Shown: one piece after another, positions 52,958 to 61,272 of the stretch | How positions within the stretch are numbered: position 1 is the stretch's first letter | Layout of the letters: each line of letters begins with the position of its first letter | Assembly (NCBI GenBank): GCA_002778465.1 | Contig: PFBV01000003.1 | Location: 87,736 to 151,735, forward strand | Length of the DNA stretch: 64,000 nucleotides | From: Candidatus Magasanikbacteria bacterium CG10_big_fil_rev_8_21_14_0_10_36_32 | GTDB taxonomy: Bacteria; Patescibacteriota; Patescibacteriia; Magasanikbacterales; GWA2-37-8 | Direction of reading: 5' to 3' | Notes under the pieces: generated by a model | What the model saw: the letters and a program-made list of their open reading frames with translations, nothing else | Told to the model about the DNA's origin: nothing | The model's database searches: none | Position numbers and translations under genes: made by a program

Positions 52958-53375
52958 ATGAATTATAAAAATATATCCGGCTGGCTTTTATCAGGAATTG
53001 CCACGAATCTTCTTTTGAAGAAATTAAAAAATTTTTAGGCCGAATTAAACAATCCAATTTATCAGGAATAAATACCGAAGAAGCAATACCGACTTTCAAA
53101 GTTGATGAACAAACATGGAACTCTCCCGCTCACTGGTATGTCTCTACTATTGCCCATGATACTTTTCATTCCTACTTTTATCACGATTATAAAAGAAAAA
53201 ATAAAGGCAAAGTGATACCAAAAAATATATGGATCGGCGCAGAACCGGAAAAAAATGTTTAAAATTTCAACTTCAAATTTTAAAAGAAATAGATGGCGAC
53301 ATCAAAGATATAAAACATGTGGAAGAATTAATAAAAAATCCGACTTATCAAAATATTCAAAATAGAAACTGGTAA
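52958..53375 (+). pseudogene. Frameshifted gene with HDxxH motif
   Basis: Three frames join into a protein-like sequence: MNYKNISG.. / ..EIKKFLGRIKQS..WYVSTIAHDTFHSYFYHDYK..WIGAEPEK / KCLKFQLQILKEI..NRNW*; second shift in the A-run at about 53249-53255. Confidence 0.6.
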
Positions 53376-53381
53376 AAAATA

Positions 53382-53403
53382 AAAGCCCCGCCAATGCGGG
53401 GCG
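53382..53403. terminator. Terminator; on the minus strand preceded by boxA-like GCTCTTTATA (53412-53421)
   Basis: Minus strand GCCCCGC-ATTG-GCGGGGC-TTTTATTTTT. Confidence 0.8.
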
Positions 53404-53420
53404 TTATTTTATATAAAGAG

Positions 53421-53726
53421 CTAAAAAATATCTATCGGTTGACCGCCAAACGTTGCTTTCAAATAGCAATTTTTGCGAGTGTCAAAAATGAATTCACCCT
53501 GTTCAATTTGAATGGTAAGGGTAGTACCTCTTTTAACAATACTCTCAATAGGCATACTCACTAAATCATCAGACAATCCCATATTAATCCGATAACTGAA
53601 CAAGTCAGGATTTTTTTCATTGGAACAATAAATAACGAAATAAATCGCCGAATTAATCATACCGAAATATACTACTTTTCGACCTTCTGGTAAACCATCA
53701 ACACTCGGCTTTTCGACGACTTTCAT
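53421..53726 (-). CDS. Small hypothetical protein (accessory cassette)
   Basis: SD AAGGAG at 53733-53738; promoter TTGACA-17-TATTAT at 53780-53808. Confidence 0.65.
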   Translation of the reverse strand: MKVVEKPSVDGLPEGRKVVYFGMINSAIYFVIYCSNEKNPDLFSYRINMGLSDDLVSMPIESIVKRGTTLTIQIEQGEFIFDTRKNCYLKATFGGQPIDIF

Positions 53727-53926
53727 TTTTTACTCCTTTGATTTGTTAAAAAACATTTCATTTTTTTAAACACGATAAAATAATACAATTTTATTTTAAA
53801 CTTGTCAACATAACAAAAAAACACAAAAAAATAATTCAATCAAATTCCTTTGACTAAAACGTCAAAATATGTCATTCTATAAAAAGTACTTTTAAAAAAC
53901 ATAACCTAAATAAAAAGGAGTAAAAA

Positions 53927-54427
53927 ATGCTACGCTTGGTTGGACAAATCAATACCACTCATATCACCGGATTACATTCTATGGTTTGGGGTAATTTTGA
54001 TAAATTGACCGGCAATGTATCTGGACTACGGGGCAATGTTTCCAATATTTGGGGACGGATTCATCCGGAAATTGAAGGCTTTGTTAGTAATATTTTTGGA
54101 AATATTACCGGTTTATCTGGGATAATTTCCGGAATAAACGGCAACATTAATAATATATCAGGCAAAGTCGGCGGTTTATACGGTTGTATCACTGCACTCT
54201 GCGGAGACGTCAGCCGGATTCGTGGCACCATTCACCCTTCCCTCTGCGGAGACGTCAGCCGAATGCGAGGTGACATTTCCGGATTGCGCGGACATATTTT
54301 TCTACTCCATGGAACTGCCAGCGGCATTGAAGGTGATTGTACCGGACAAAAAGGCAACATTGAAGAAATCATAACCAAAGCCGCATTGGCTCGTATCGCT
54401 GAAATCCGTAAACCCTTTGACGCTTAA
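53927..54427 (+). CDS. Heptad-repeat (G-x-V/I-S-G-L/I-x) protein, probable beta-solenoid
   Basis: GNVSGLR GNVSNIW ... GNITGLS GIISGIN GNINNIS ... GDVSRIR ... GDISGLR; SD AAGGAG at 53915-53920. Confidence 0.7.
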   Translation: MLRLVGQINTTHITGLHSMVWGNFDKLTGNVSGLRGNVSNIWGRIHPEIEGFVSNIFGNITGLSGIISGINGNINNISGKVGGLYGCITALCGDVSRIRGTIHPSLCGDVSRMRGDISGLRGHIFLLHGTASGIEGDCTGQKGNIEEIITKAALARIAEIRKPFDA

Positions 54428-54442
54428 ACGTTCTTTAAAACA

Positions 54443-54474
54443 AATCCCTCCGACACAATGTCGGAGGGATTTTT
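54443..54474. terminator. Terminator preceded by boxA-like GTTCTTTAAAA (54430-54440)
   Basis: AAATCCCTCCGACA-CAA-TGTCGGAGGGATTT. Confidence 0.85.
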
Positions 54475-54484
54475 AATGACTTTA

Positions 54485-54811
54485 TCATTTTTTTATTTTT
54501 TTCGATCCAAATATTTTATCAAACACCCCAACCTTTCTTACTGTTCCTTTTTCATTTTTTAAATAAACAATTCCTTCCTGTTTATCTATTTTAGTCACTT
54601 GATAAATAAACACTCTTAAATCATCGCCAATTTTTACCCTATAAACCATTTTCGGTTTTAACCCTGATAATTTAATCCTGTCGTTTATTTTTAATCTTTT
54701 TTCATAAGCAATATCCACTAAACCTTCACCGACTTTACTAAAAGCCCCCGCTCGGCGTTCTTGCCAAGAACTGTCACGGCTTGCCGGACGGCTATATTTT
54801 TTTACTGCCAT
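54485..54811 (-). CDS. Small basic hypothetical protein
   Basis: ORF directly downstream of pgm on the same strand. Confidence 0.55.
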   Translation of the reverse strand: MAVKKYSRPASRDSSWQERRAGAFSKVGEGLVDIAYEKRLKINDRIKLSGLKPKMVYRVKIGDDLRVFIYQVTKIDKQEGIVYLKNEKGTVRKVGVFDKIFGSKKIKK

Positions 54812-54829
54812 AAAATAAAAATTAATTAA

Positions 54830-56698
54830 TTAACCTAAAATTTCATAACGTTCTCCACCTGGTGAAATTTGTTCGGCAATTTTAACCAAATCCTCCAAAA
54901 TTGCATGGGCTAATTTATCACCTTCTTTTTTAATTTGTTCATATTTTTCCTGACTAATCGGTAATCCCACCTGTCCGGTCGGCAAACCAACAGCGGCATA
55001 AAATTTTATTTTTGGTTCCGTTCCGGACGGACGAGCAACCACTCTAATCATCTTTTCTGGATTCAACCAAAATACCAAAGCATTATCAGGAAAACCACTA
55101 TATTCTCCAACTACTTCGCCAGTCCGTGGATCAAGGGTTTTTTTGTTCAACTGATCAAAAACCGATTCCACTTTTAAACCATTTATTTCTACTGGTAATT
55201 TTTCACGCAACTTTTTCATTATTAAAGACATTTTATCCATTCCATCCATTCCACGATAAAAAATTGATTGAACCAATTCGCGATAATATCCATATTCTTT
55301 TTTAATTTCTTCCAATTGTTCAAAAAGCGTTCGGCCCTGCTGTTTTAAAAGAGCGGCATATTCACAAATTAATAAACTCGAGGCAGCGCCATCTTTATCG
55401 CGAGCATAATCACCATAAAGATAACCATGACTTTCTTCTCCGCCAAATAAAAACTTTTTTTCAGGCGGAATATTATCAATCGCATCCGCAATATATTTAC
55501 AACCAACCGGTAAATCACCAATTACTTCTACTCCATTATCTTGAGCTATCTTTGTCAACAAATCAGTGGTAACCGCGGTTTTAATTAAAACATAATTATT
55601 ATCTAATTTACCTTGTTTTTTTAATTCTTTAGTAATGTAATCAAATAAAAGCGCAGCAATCTGATTTCCATTTAAAAAAACATACTCGTCACCAGTATAC
55701 GATCGACGGCTAACTACACCAATTCTATCAGCATCCGGATCAGCAGCCACCACCAAATCAGCTTTTATTTTTTTTGCCTGTGCTGTGGCTAAATCCAAAG
55801 AAATTGGCACTTCTGGATTAGGAATTCTTTTGGCAACATTGCTAAAATTGGGATCAAAAGACATTTGTTCTTCAACTTCATGAATTTTAGTGAAACCAAC
55901 ATGCTTTAATACCGGCAAAAATGAAGTGCTGGCACAGCCATGCAACGGAGTAAAAACAATATCCACATCGCGATAATTTCCTAAAGATAAACTTCCAACA
56001 GTTTCAGCATAAGCACGATCAGTAACATCATCCAATAAAATAATTTTTCCATCTTTTATCGCTTGATCAAAATCACATTTTTTAACTTCCGTCACCCGCA
56101 TTACTTTTTGAATTATATTAACATCATGCGGTGGTACGACTTGTCCTCCATTTTCCCAATAAACTTTGATACCGTTATCTTCTGGCGGATTATGACTGGC
56201 ACTAATCATCACGCCTCCAGCCGCTTTTTTATAACGAATAGTGAAGGAAAGCTGAGGAGTAGACCGAATACCTTTAAAAAAATAAACGGTTAAACCGTTA
56301 GCGGCAAATATTTCAGCCGCATATTTAGCAAACAACTCGGAATTATTACGGATATCATAAGTAATAACTACCCCCCTCTTCTTAACATCTTCACTGCCAA
56401 AAGTTTCAATTAAATAATCAGAAAAACCTTGAGAGGATTCGGCGATAGTTCTAGTATTCATCCGATTTGATCCGGCACCCATTTTCCCGCGACGTCCACC
56501 GGTGCCAAAAGGCATAACTTTATAAAAAGCATCATTAAGTTCAGAAATATTTTCATCATTTATTAATTTTTCTATTTCATTAAAAAAATCAGCATATTCC
56601 GGTTCGGTCAGCCATTTTTTTATATTTTCAAAAGCACTATCCACTAATCCATTTATTTTTAAAATTTCAAGATTGTTTAATATGTCATTTTTTACCAT
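54830..56698 (-). CDS. Phosphoglucomutase/phosphomannomutase
   Basis: FGTGGRRG, ISASHNP, DPDADR, GEESHG, RPSGTEPKIKFY. Confidence 0.94.
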   Translation of the reverse strand: MVKNDILNNLEILKINGLVDSAFENIKKWLTEPEYADFFNEIEKLINDENISELNDAFYKVMPFGTGGRRGKMGAGSNRMNTRTIAESSQGFSDYLIETFGSEDVKKRGVVITYDIRNNSELFAKYAAEIFAANGLTVYFFKGIRSTPQLSFTIRYKKAAGGVMISASHNPPEDNGIKVYWENGGQVVPPHDVNIIQKVMRVTEVKKCDFDQAIKDGKIILLDDVTDRAYAETVGSLSLGNYRDVDIVFTPLHGCASTSFLPVLKHVGFTKIHEVEEQMSFDPNFSNVAKRIPNPEVPISLDLATAQAKKIKADLVVAADPDADRIGVVSRRSYTGDEYVFLNGNQIAALLFDYITKELKKQGKLDNNYVLIKTAVTTDLLTKIAQDNGVEVIGDLPVGCKYIADAIDNIPPEKKFLFGGEESHGYLYGDYARDKDGAASSLLICEYAALLKQQGRTLFEQLEEIKKEYGYYRELVQSIFYRGMDGMDKMSLIMKKLREKLPVEINGLKVESVFDQLNKKTLDPRTGEVVGEYSGFPDNALVFWLNPEKMIRVVARPSGTEPKIKFYAAVGLPTGQVGLPISQEKYEQIKKEGDKLAHAILEDLVKIAEQISPGGERYEILG

Positions 56699-56766
56699 AT
56701 TCTAAAGATTTTATTTAATAAAATTTTCTTTGACTGAATGTTGAAATTATTATATAATACCGCCAT

Positions 56767-56812
56767 AAATAAGGCAAACTTTTGATGAAATAAGGCAAAC
56801 TTTTGATGAAAT
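56767..56812 (+). repeat. Tandem 21-bp direct repeat immediately upstream of the clp gene
   Basis: AAATAAGGCAAACTTTTGATG x2 plus AAAT. Confidence 0.9.
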
Positions 56813-59341
56813 ATGGATATTTTAGAACGTTTTTCATCGCATTTACGCGAAGTGTTAGCACGTGGTTTACAATTGGCGACTGAACTTAAAAATCCAGAGG
56901 TGGAACCATTACACCTATTTTTCTGTTTATCAAATGAAAAAGGTTCAGTGGCGACGGAAATTTTAAATCGTTTTAAAATTGATCCTAAAATTATTGAACA
57001 AACAATTTTCTCATTACCTACAATTTCTGATAATGATTCAAAAACAACAAAAAATTCTGCTGAACAATATCAAATAATCCCTTTTTCTAACCGCTCAAAA
57101 TTAGCTTTGGAAAAAGCGATTTTTATTGCTCAACAAAATCAGCATAATTATTTAGGTACTGAACATTTACTTGAAGCATTATTAGAATTAGAAGATTCTC
57201 AGCTAAAAGAAATTTTTAAGGTAAGTAATATTAAAGAAATTGAATTAAAAAAACAAATTAACACTACTCTTTTAAATTCATCACAATTTCCACAGATTAA
57301 TGAGGTGGCGGAAGTAACCGAAAAAATACAAGAAAATTTACTCGGCCTTGAACCAGAAATTTTACCTGGCGCAAAATTTAAAAAACAAAATAAAACAAAA
57401 GAGTCTGCTCTTGAATATTTTTCCATTAATTTAACTGACATTAAAAATCAAAAAAATATCGATCCTGTTGTCGGTCGACAAGCAGAAATTGAACGATTGA
57501 CACAAATTATTTGCCGACGTACAAAGAATAATCCGATACTACTCGGTGATCCGGGTGTCGGAAAAACCGCCATTGTTGAAGGTTTAGCAAAAAACATAAC
57601 TACTGGCAATGTACCGGATATGCTCAGACAAAAAAAAATATATGCTGTAGATATGGGTTTATTAATTGCCGGAACTATTTATCGTGGTGAATTTGAATCA
57701 CGACTCAAACAAATTATTGATGAGGCTTCTGCCGACCCTGATATTATTCTTTTTATTGATGAAGTACATAATATCGTAGGCGCCGGCTCAAACCAAGGGA
57801 CTATGGATGCGGCTAATATTTTAAAACCCGCGTTGGCAAGAGGACATATCCGCTGTATTGGTTCAACCACACCGGCTGAATTTAAAAAATTTATTGAAAG
57901 TGATGCTGCTTTAGAAAGACGTTTCCAACCAATCTACGTTCGAGAACCAAGTTTGGAAGAAACAATAAAAATATTACATGGTATTAAAAAAAATTATGAA
58001 GAACATCATCAAGTAAAAATTTCCGACGATGCCATAACGGCAGCTGTTGATTTATCTTCTCGACATATTACCGGAAAATTTCTTCCTGACAAAGCGATTG
58101 ACTTAATGGACGAAACAGCAGCAGCTAAGAGATTAAATGCAGAATTTCCTATAGTGGAGAAAAAATTAATTTTATTAAAAGAACGATTACGTTATGCTTC
58201 GGCAGCCAAAGAAAAAGCGGCTTTAAATAATCGTTTTGGTGAAGCAATTAATTTAAAAGATGAAGAACATAAATTATCGGCAGAAATTAAAAAAATAGAA
58301 AAATTACTGTCAGAACAAAAAATTAAATTCTTTGGCACTGTCACAGACAAAGATATGCTCAATCAAGTAGCAAAAATGACTGGTTCCGAACCTTCAGAAT
58401 TAATTTTGAATAACAAAAAAAGATATACTCAATTAGCAAACGAATTAAAACAACATATCATCGGACAAGATCATGTAATTAATGATATTATTCGTTTAAT
58501 TCAACAGGCTCAGCTCGGAATTTCTCACCCAGAAAAACCGCTTGCTTCATTTTTATTCGTTGGATCTAGCGGTACGGGAAAAACTGAATTGGCCAAAAAA
58601 TTAGCCAGCGCCTTATATCCCGGACAAGACGCTTTGATTAAATTGGATATGACTGAATTCAGCGAAAGTTTCGGTGTATCTAAATTACTCGGTTCACCAG
58701 CAGGTTATGTCGGCTACAAAGAAACTAACCGTTTTACCGATCGGATAAAAATTAATCCTTTTAGTATAATTATTTTTGATGAAATTGATAAAGCTCACGC
58801 AGAGGTGACTAAACTGCTATTGCAAATACTGGACGGCGGAGAAATTACCGATTCGGTTGGCAAGAAAATTTCCCTAAAACATGCTATAATAATTCTAACT
58901 TCATCTTTTGGTTCGGAAGACTTGCAAAAAGGCTTACTGGGATTTGGGGATGGAACAAAAGATGATTCTGAAACAAAAAAATGTCTAATAGAAAAATTAA
59001 AAAATCGTTTTACTCCAGAATTAATAAATCGGCTGGATGAAATCTGCTTATTTAATGAATTATCTGAAGAACACCTCTCAAAAATCGCTGAATTAGAACT
59101 ACAACAATTAAATAACCGATTAAAAAAATATAACACTGCCATCAACGCTGAATCAGAAGTTCTTAATAAAATGATTAAACAATTGCCGGACAAAAACAAT
59201 AATGCACGCAATATCAGACAAAAAATAAGAACAGAAATTGAAAATATGGCGGCTAACATTATTATTAAAGGAAAAATTAAACCTCAATATCAATTAAAAA
59301 TTAAAAATAACAATTTGTCATTAAATAATTATTTGCATTAA
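56813..59341 (+). CDS. ATP-dependent Clp protease ATP-binding subunit (ClpC-like)
   Basis: Clp N repeats, GDPGVGKT, FIDEVH, LERRFQ, LPDKAIDL, GSSGTGKT, GSPAGYVGY, FDEIDKAH. Confidence 0.93.
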   Translation: MDILERFSSHLREVLARGLQLATELKNPEVEPLHLFFCLSNEKGSVATEILNRFKIDPKIIEQTIFSLPTISDNDSKTTKNSAEQYQIIPFSNRSKLALEKAIFIAQQNQHNYLGTEHLLEALLELEDSQLKEIFKVSNIKEIELKKQINTTLLNSSQFPQINEVAEVTEKIQENLLGLEPEILPGAKFKKQNKTKESALEYFSINLTDIKNQKNIDPVVGRQAEIERLTQIICRRTKNNPILLGDPGVGKTAIVEGLAKNITTGNVPDMLRQKKIYAVDMGLLIAGTIYRGEFESRLKQIIDEASADPDIILFIDEVHNIVGAGSNQGTMDAANILKPALARGHIRCIGSTTPAEFKKFIESDAALERRFQPIYVREPSLEETIKILHGIKKNYEEHHQVKISDDAITAAVDLSSRHITGKFLPDKAIDLMDETAAAKRLNAEFPIVEKKLILLKERLRYASAAKEKAALNNRFGEAINLKDEEHKLSAEIKKIEKLLSEQKIKFFGTVTDKDMLNQVAKMTGSEPSELILNNKKRYTQLANELKQHIIGQDHVINDIIRLIQQAQLGISHPEKPLASFLFVGSSGTGKTELAKKLASALYPGQDALIKLDMTEFSESFGVSKLLGSPAGYVGYKETNRFTDRIKINPFSIIIFDEIDKAHAEVTKLLLQILDGGEITDSVGKKISLKHAIIILTSSFGSEDLQKGLLGFGDGTKDDSETKKCLIEKLKNRFTPELINRLDEICLFNELSEEHLSKIAELELQQLNNRLKKYNTAINAESEVLNKMIKQLPDKNNNARNIRQKIRTEIENMAANIIIKGKIKPQYQLKIKNNNLSLNNYLH

Positions 59342-59357
59342 TATTGGAACAAATAAT

Positions 59358-60029
59358 ATGGTTCAAGATTTAAAAAATATTTCCAGCGCTCCAATATTAA
59401 ATGAAACTGAAGCGGCTAAAAAATTATCGGCTCAAAAAGCGTTGGACAGAAGACAAACACAAATACACAATATTCCTGCCGAATTAGGTAAAACGCCAAT
59501 TTTTGAAGATGTTGGAATGGATAAAGGTGATATTGGCATGGAAATTCCACTTCAAAAAAACGATGACATAGAAAATAATGAAAATGATTCAAACTCAGAC
59601 GAACAAAAAGAAACACAAAAATTCAATGAATATTCACAACAAACGACAAATCTAAATGCCAACATGGCAATTTCAACGCAACAACAAAGAACCTCTCAAA
59701 TCAGAAGATCTATTCAATTGCGGCAAAATCAAATTGAACAAACTACAAATAAAATAAAAACTTTATCTAAAAAAATAACATCTCTACAAGGAAGGGCGCG
59801 GGACGGAAAAAAATTAACTTTAATTTTAAAAGTTTTATCTGTTTGTACAATTGTTGGTGCGGCACTAGCTTTCTTTATAAAACATATCGTCAATTTTTTT
59901 ACAGATTCCGACAAAATTGAAGAAGAAATCAAATCTTTACAAAAAAAAATAAATTCAGAAGAAACTAATAAAAAAAATTTAGAAAAATCTTTGCAAAATG
60001 AATATCAAATACTTAATCAAAATCAATAA
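59358..60029 (+). CDS. Hypothetical coiled-coil protein with one TM
   Basis: Gln/Asn-rich coiled coil, hydrophobic segment ILKVLSVCTIVGAALAFFI. Confidence 0.6.
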   Translation: MVQDLKNISSAPILNETEAAKKLSAQKALDRRQTQIHNIPAELGKTPIFEDVGMDKGDIGMEIPLQKNDDIENNENDSNSDEQKETQKFNEYSQQTTNLNANMAISTQQQRTSQIRRSIQLRQNQIEQTTNKIKTLSKKITSLQGRARDGKKLTLILKVLSVCTIVGAALAFFIKHIVNFFTDSDKIEEEIKSLQKKINSEETNKKNLEKSLQNEYQILNQNQ

Positions 60030-60039
60030 TACATAATAT

Positions 60040-61269
60040 ATGTCTAAATTAAAAAAAATTTTATTAATCACCGGCTTGTTAGCTGGCACCGCAATTTTAG
60101 CATTTTTATTATTTTATATTTTTAAAAAAACCAGCCCTCTTCAACAATTACCACCAACTGTCCCGACTGAAGAACAGCCTGACGGTGGACAATTTATTCC
60201 AGCCGGACAAAGAACCGCTACCACCACCGGCGTCGGAGGAGAACAAATTGGTACATTACCAACTGCTGGAATCATACCCGGTTCACAACCAAGTTATTAT
60301 CAACCAGAATTATCAAAAAAAATTATTTCCGATTCCACTAATTTTGTTTCCCTTAATAAAACTGGCGGTGTGAGATACTATAATCCAAATGACGGAAAAT
60401 TTTATACCACTTTAGCTGACGGATCAACCAAAATTTTAAGCAACCAAACTTTTTATAATGTTCAAAAAACCACTTGGGCTAATAAACAAAACAAAGCAAT
60501 ATTGGAATTTCCTGACAGTTCAAAGATACTTTATGATTTTGACGCTCAAAAACAAGTAACATTACCAAAACATTGGGAAGAGTTTTCTTTTGCCGCCGAT
60601 GGAGAAAAGGTAGCCGCAAAAAGTCTTGGTTTGTCTCCGGAAAATCGTTGGTTAGTTACTATTAATGACGACGGCACTGGTACTCAACTAATTGAAGCAA
60701 TGGGAGAAAATGCCAACAAAGTAATTATTGATTGGTCTCCAAGTCAACAAGCAATAGGTTTTACCATGACCGGCGAAGAGCTGGGTATGTACCGAAAAGA
60801 AATTTTACTGGTTGGACTTAATGGAGAAAATTTTAAATCTTTTGTGGCTGAAGGTTTAGGATTTCAACCACAATGGTCTCCGACTGGAAAAAAATTGCTT
60901 TATAGTGTTTATAGTAATACTTCTGATTTTAAACCGGAAATTTGGGTGGTAAATTCTTATGGGCAAGAAATCGGTTCTGGAAGAAACAATCTTCAAATCA
61001 ACACTTGGGCAGACAAATGCACTTTTGCTAATGATGACACTCTTTATTGCGCCGTACCAAAATCAATGCCCACTGGCGCCGGAATCAATCCGGCTGTAGC
61101 CGCAGGATCAACCGACACTCTTTATAAAATTGATTTAAAATCTGGCCTAAAAACCACTGTTAATACCGGTGGAGATTTTGATATGAATAATTTGTCTTTT
61201 GATCAAACTAATAATCGCCTGATATTTTCCGACTCCGGACAAACAGGTGTTTTTGAAATTAAACTTTAA
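60040..61269 (+). CDS. Membrane-anchored TolB-like beta-propeller protein
   Basis: N-terminal TM, Pro/Thr linker, repeats FSFAADGEK, WSPSQQ, PQWSPTGKKLLY. Confidence 0.7.
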   Translation: MSKLKKILLITGLLAGTAILAFLLFYIFKKTSPLQQLPPTVPTEEQPDGGQFIPAGQRTATTTGVGGEQIGTLPTAGIIPGSQPSYYQPELSKKIISDSTNFVSLNKTGGVRYYNPNDGKFYTTLADGSTKILSNQTFYNVQKTTWANKQNKAILEFPDSSKILYDFDAQKQVTLPKHWEEFSFAADGEKVAAKSLGLSPENRWLVTINDDGTGTQLIEAMGENANKVIIDWSPSQQAIGFTMTGEELGMYRKEILLVGLNGENFKSFVAEGLGFQPQWSPTGKKLLYSVYSNTSDFKPEIWVVNSYGQEIGSGRNNLQINTWADKCTFANDDTLYCAVPKSMPTGAGINPAVAAGSTDTLYKIDLKSGLKTTVNTGGDFDMNNLSFDQTNNRLIFSDSGQTGVFEIKL

Positions 61270-61272
61270 ATT

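Noticed and set aside
11619-54474. Cassette terminator hairpins as integron attC sites
   Set aside because: They are short GC stems with T tracts, lack RYYYAAC/GTTRRRY ends, are not arrayed, and no intI is present
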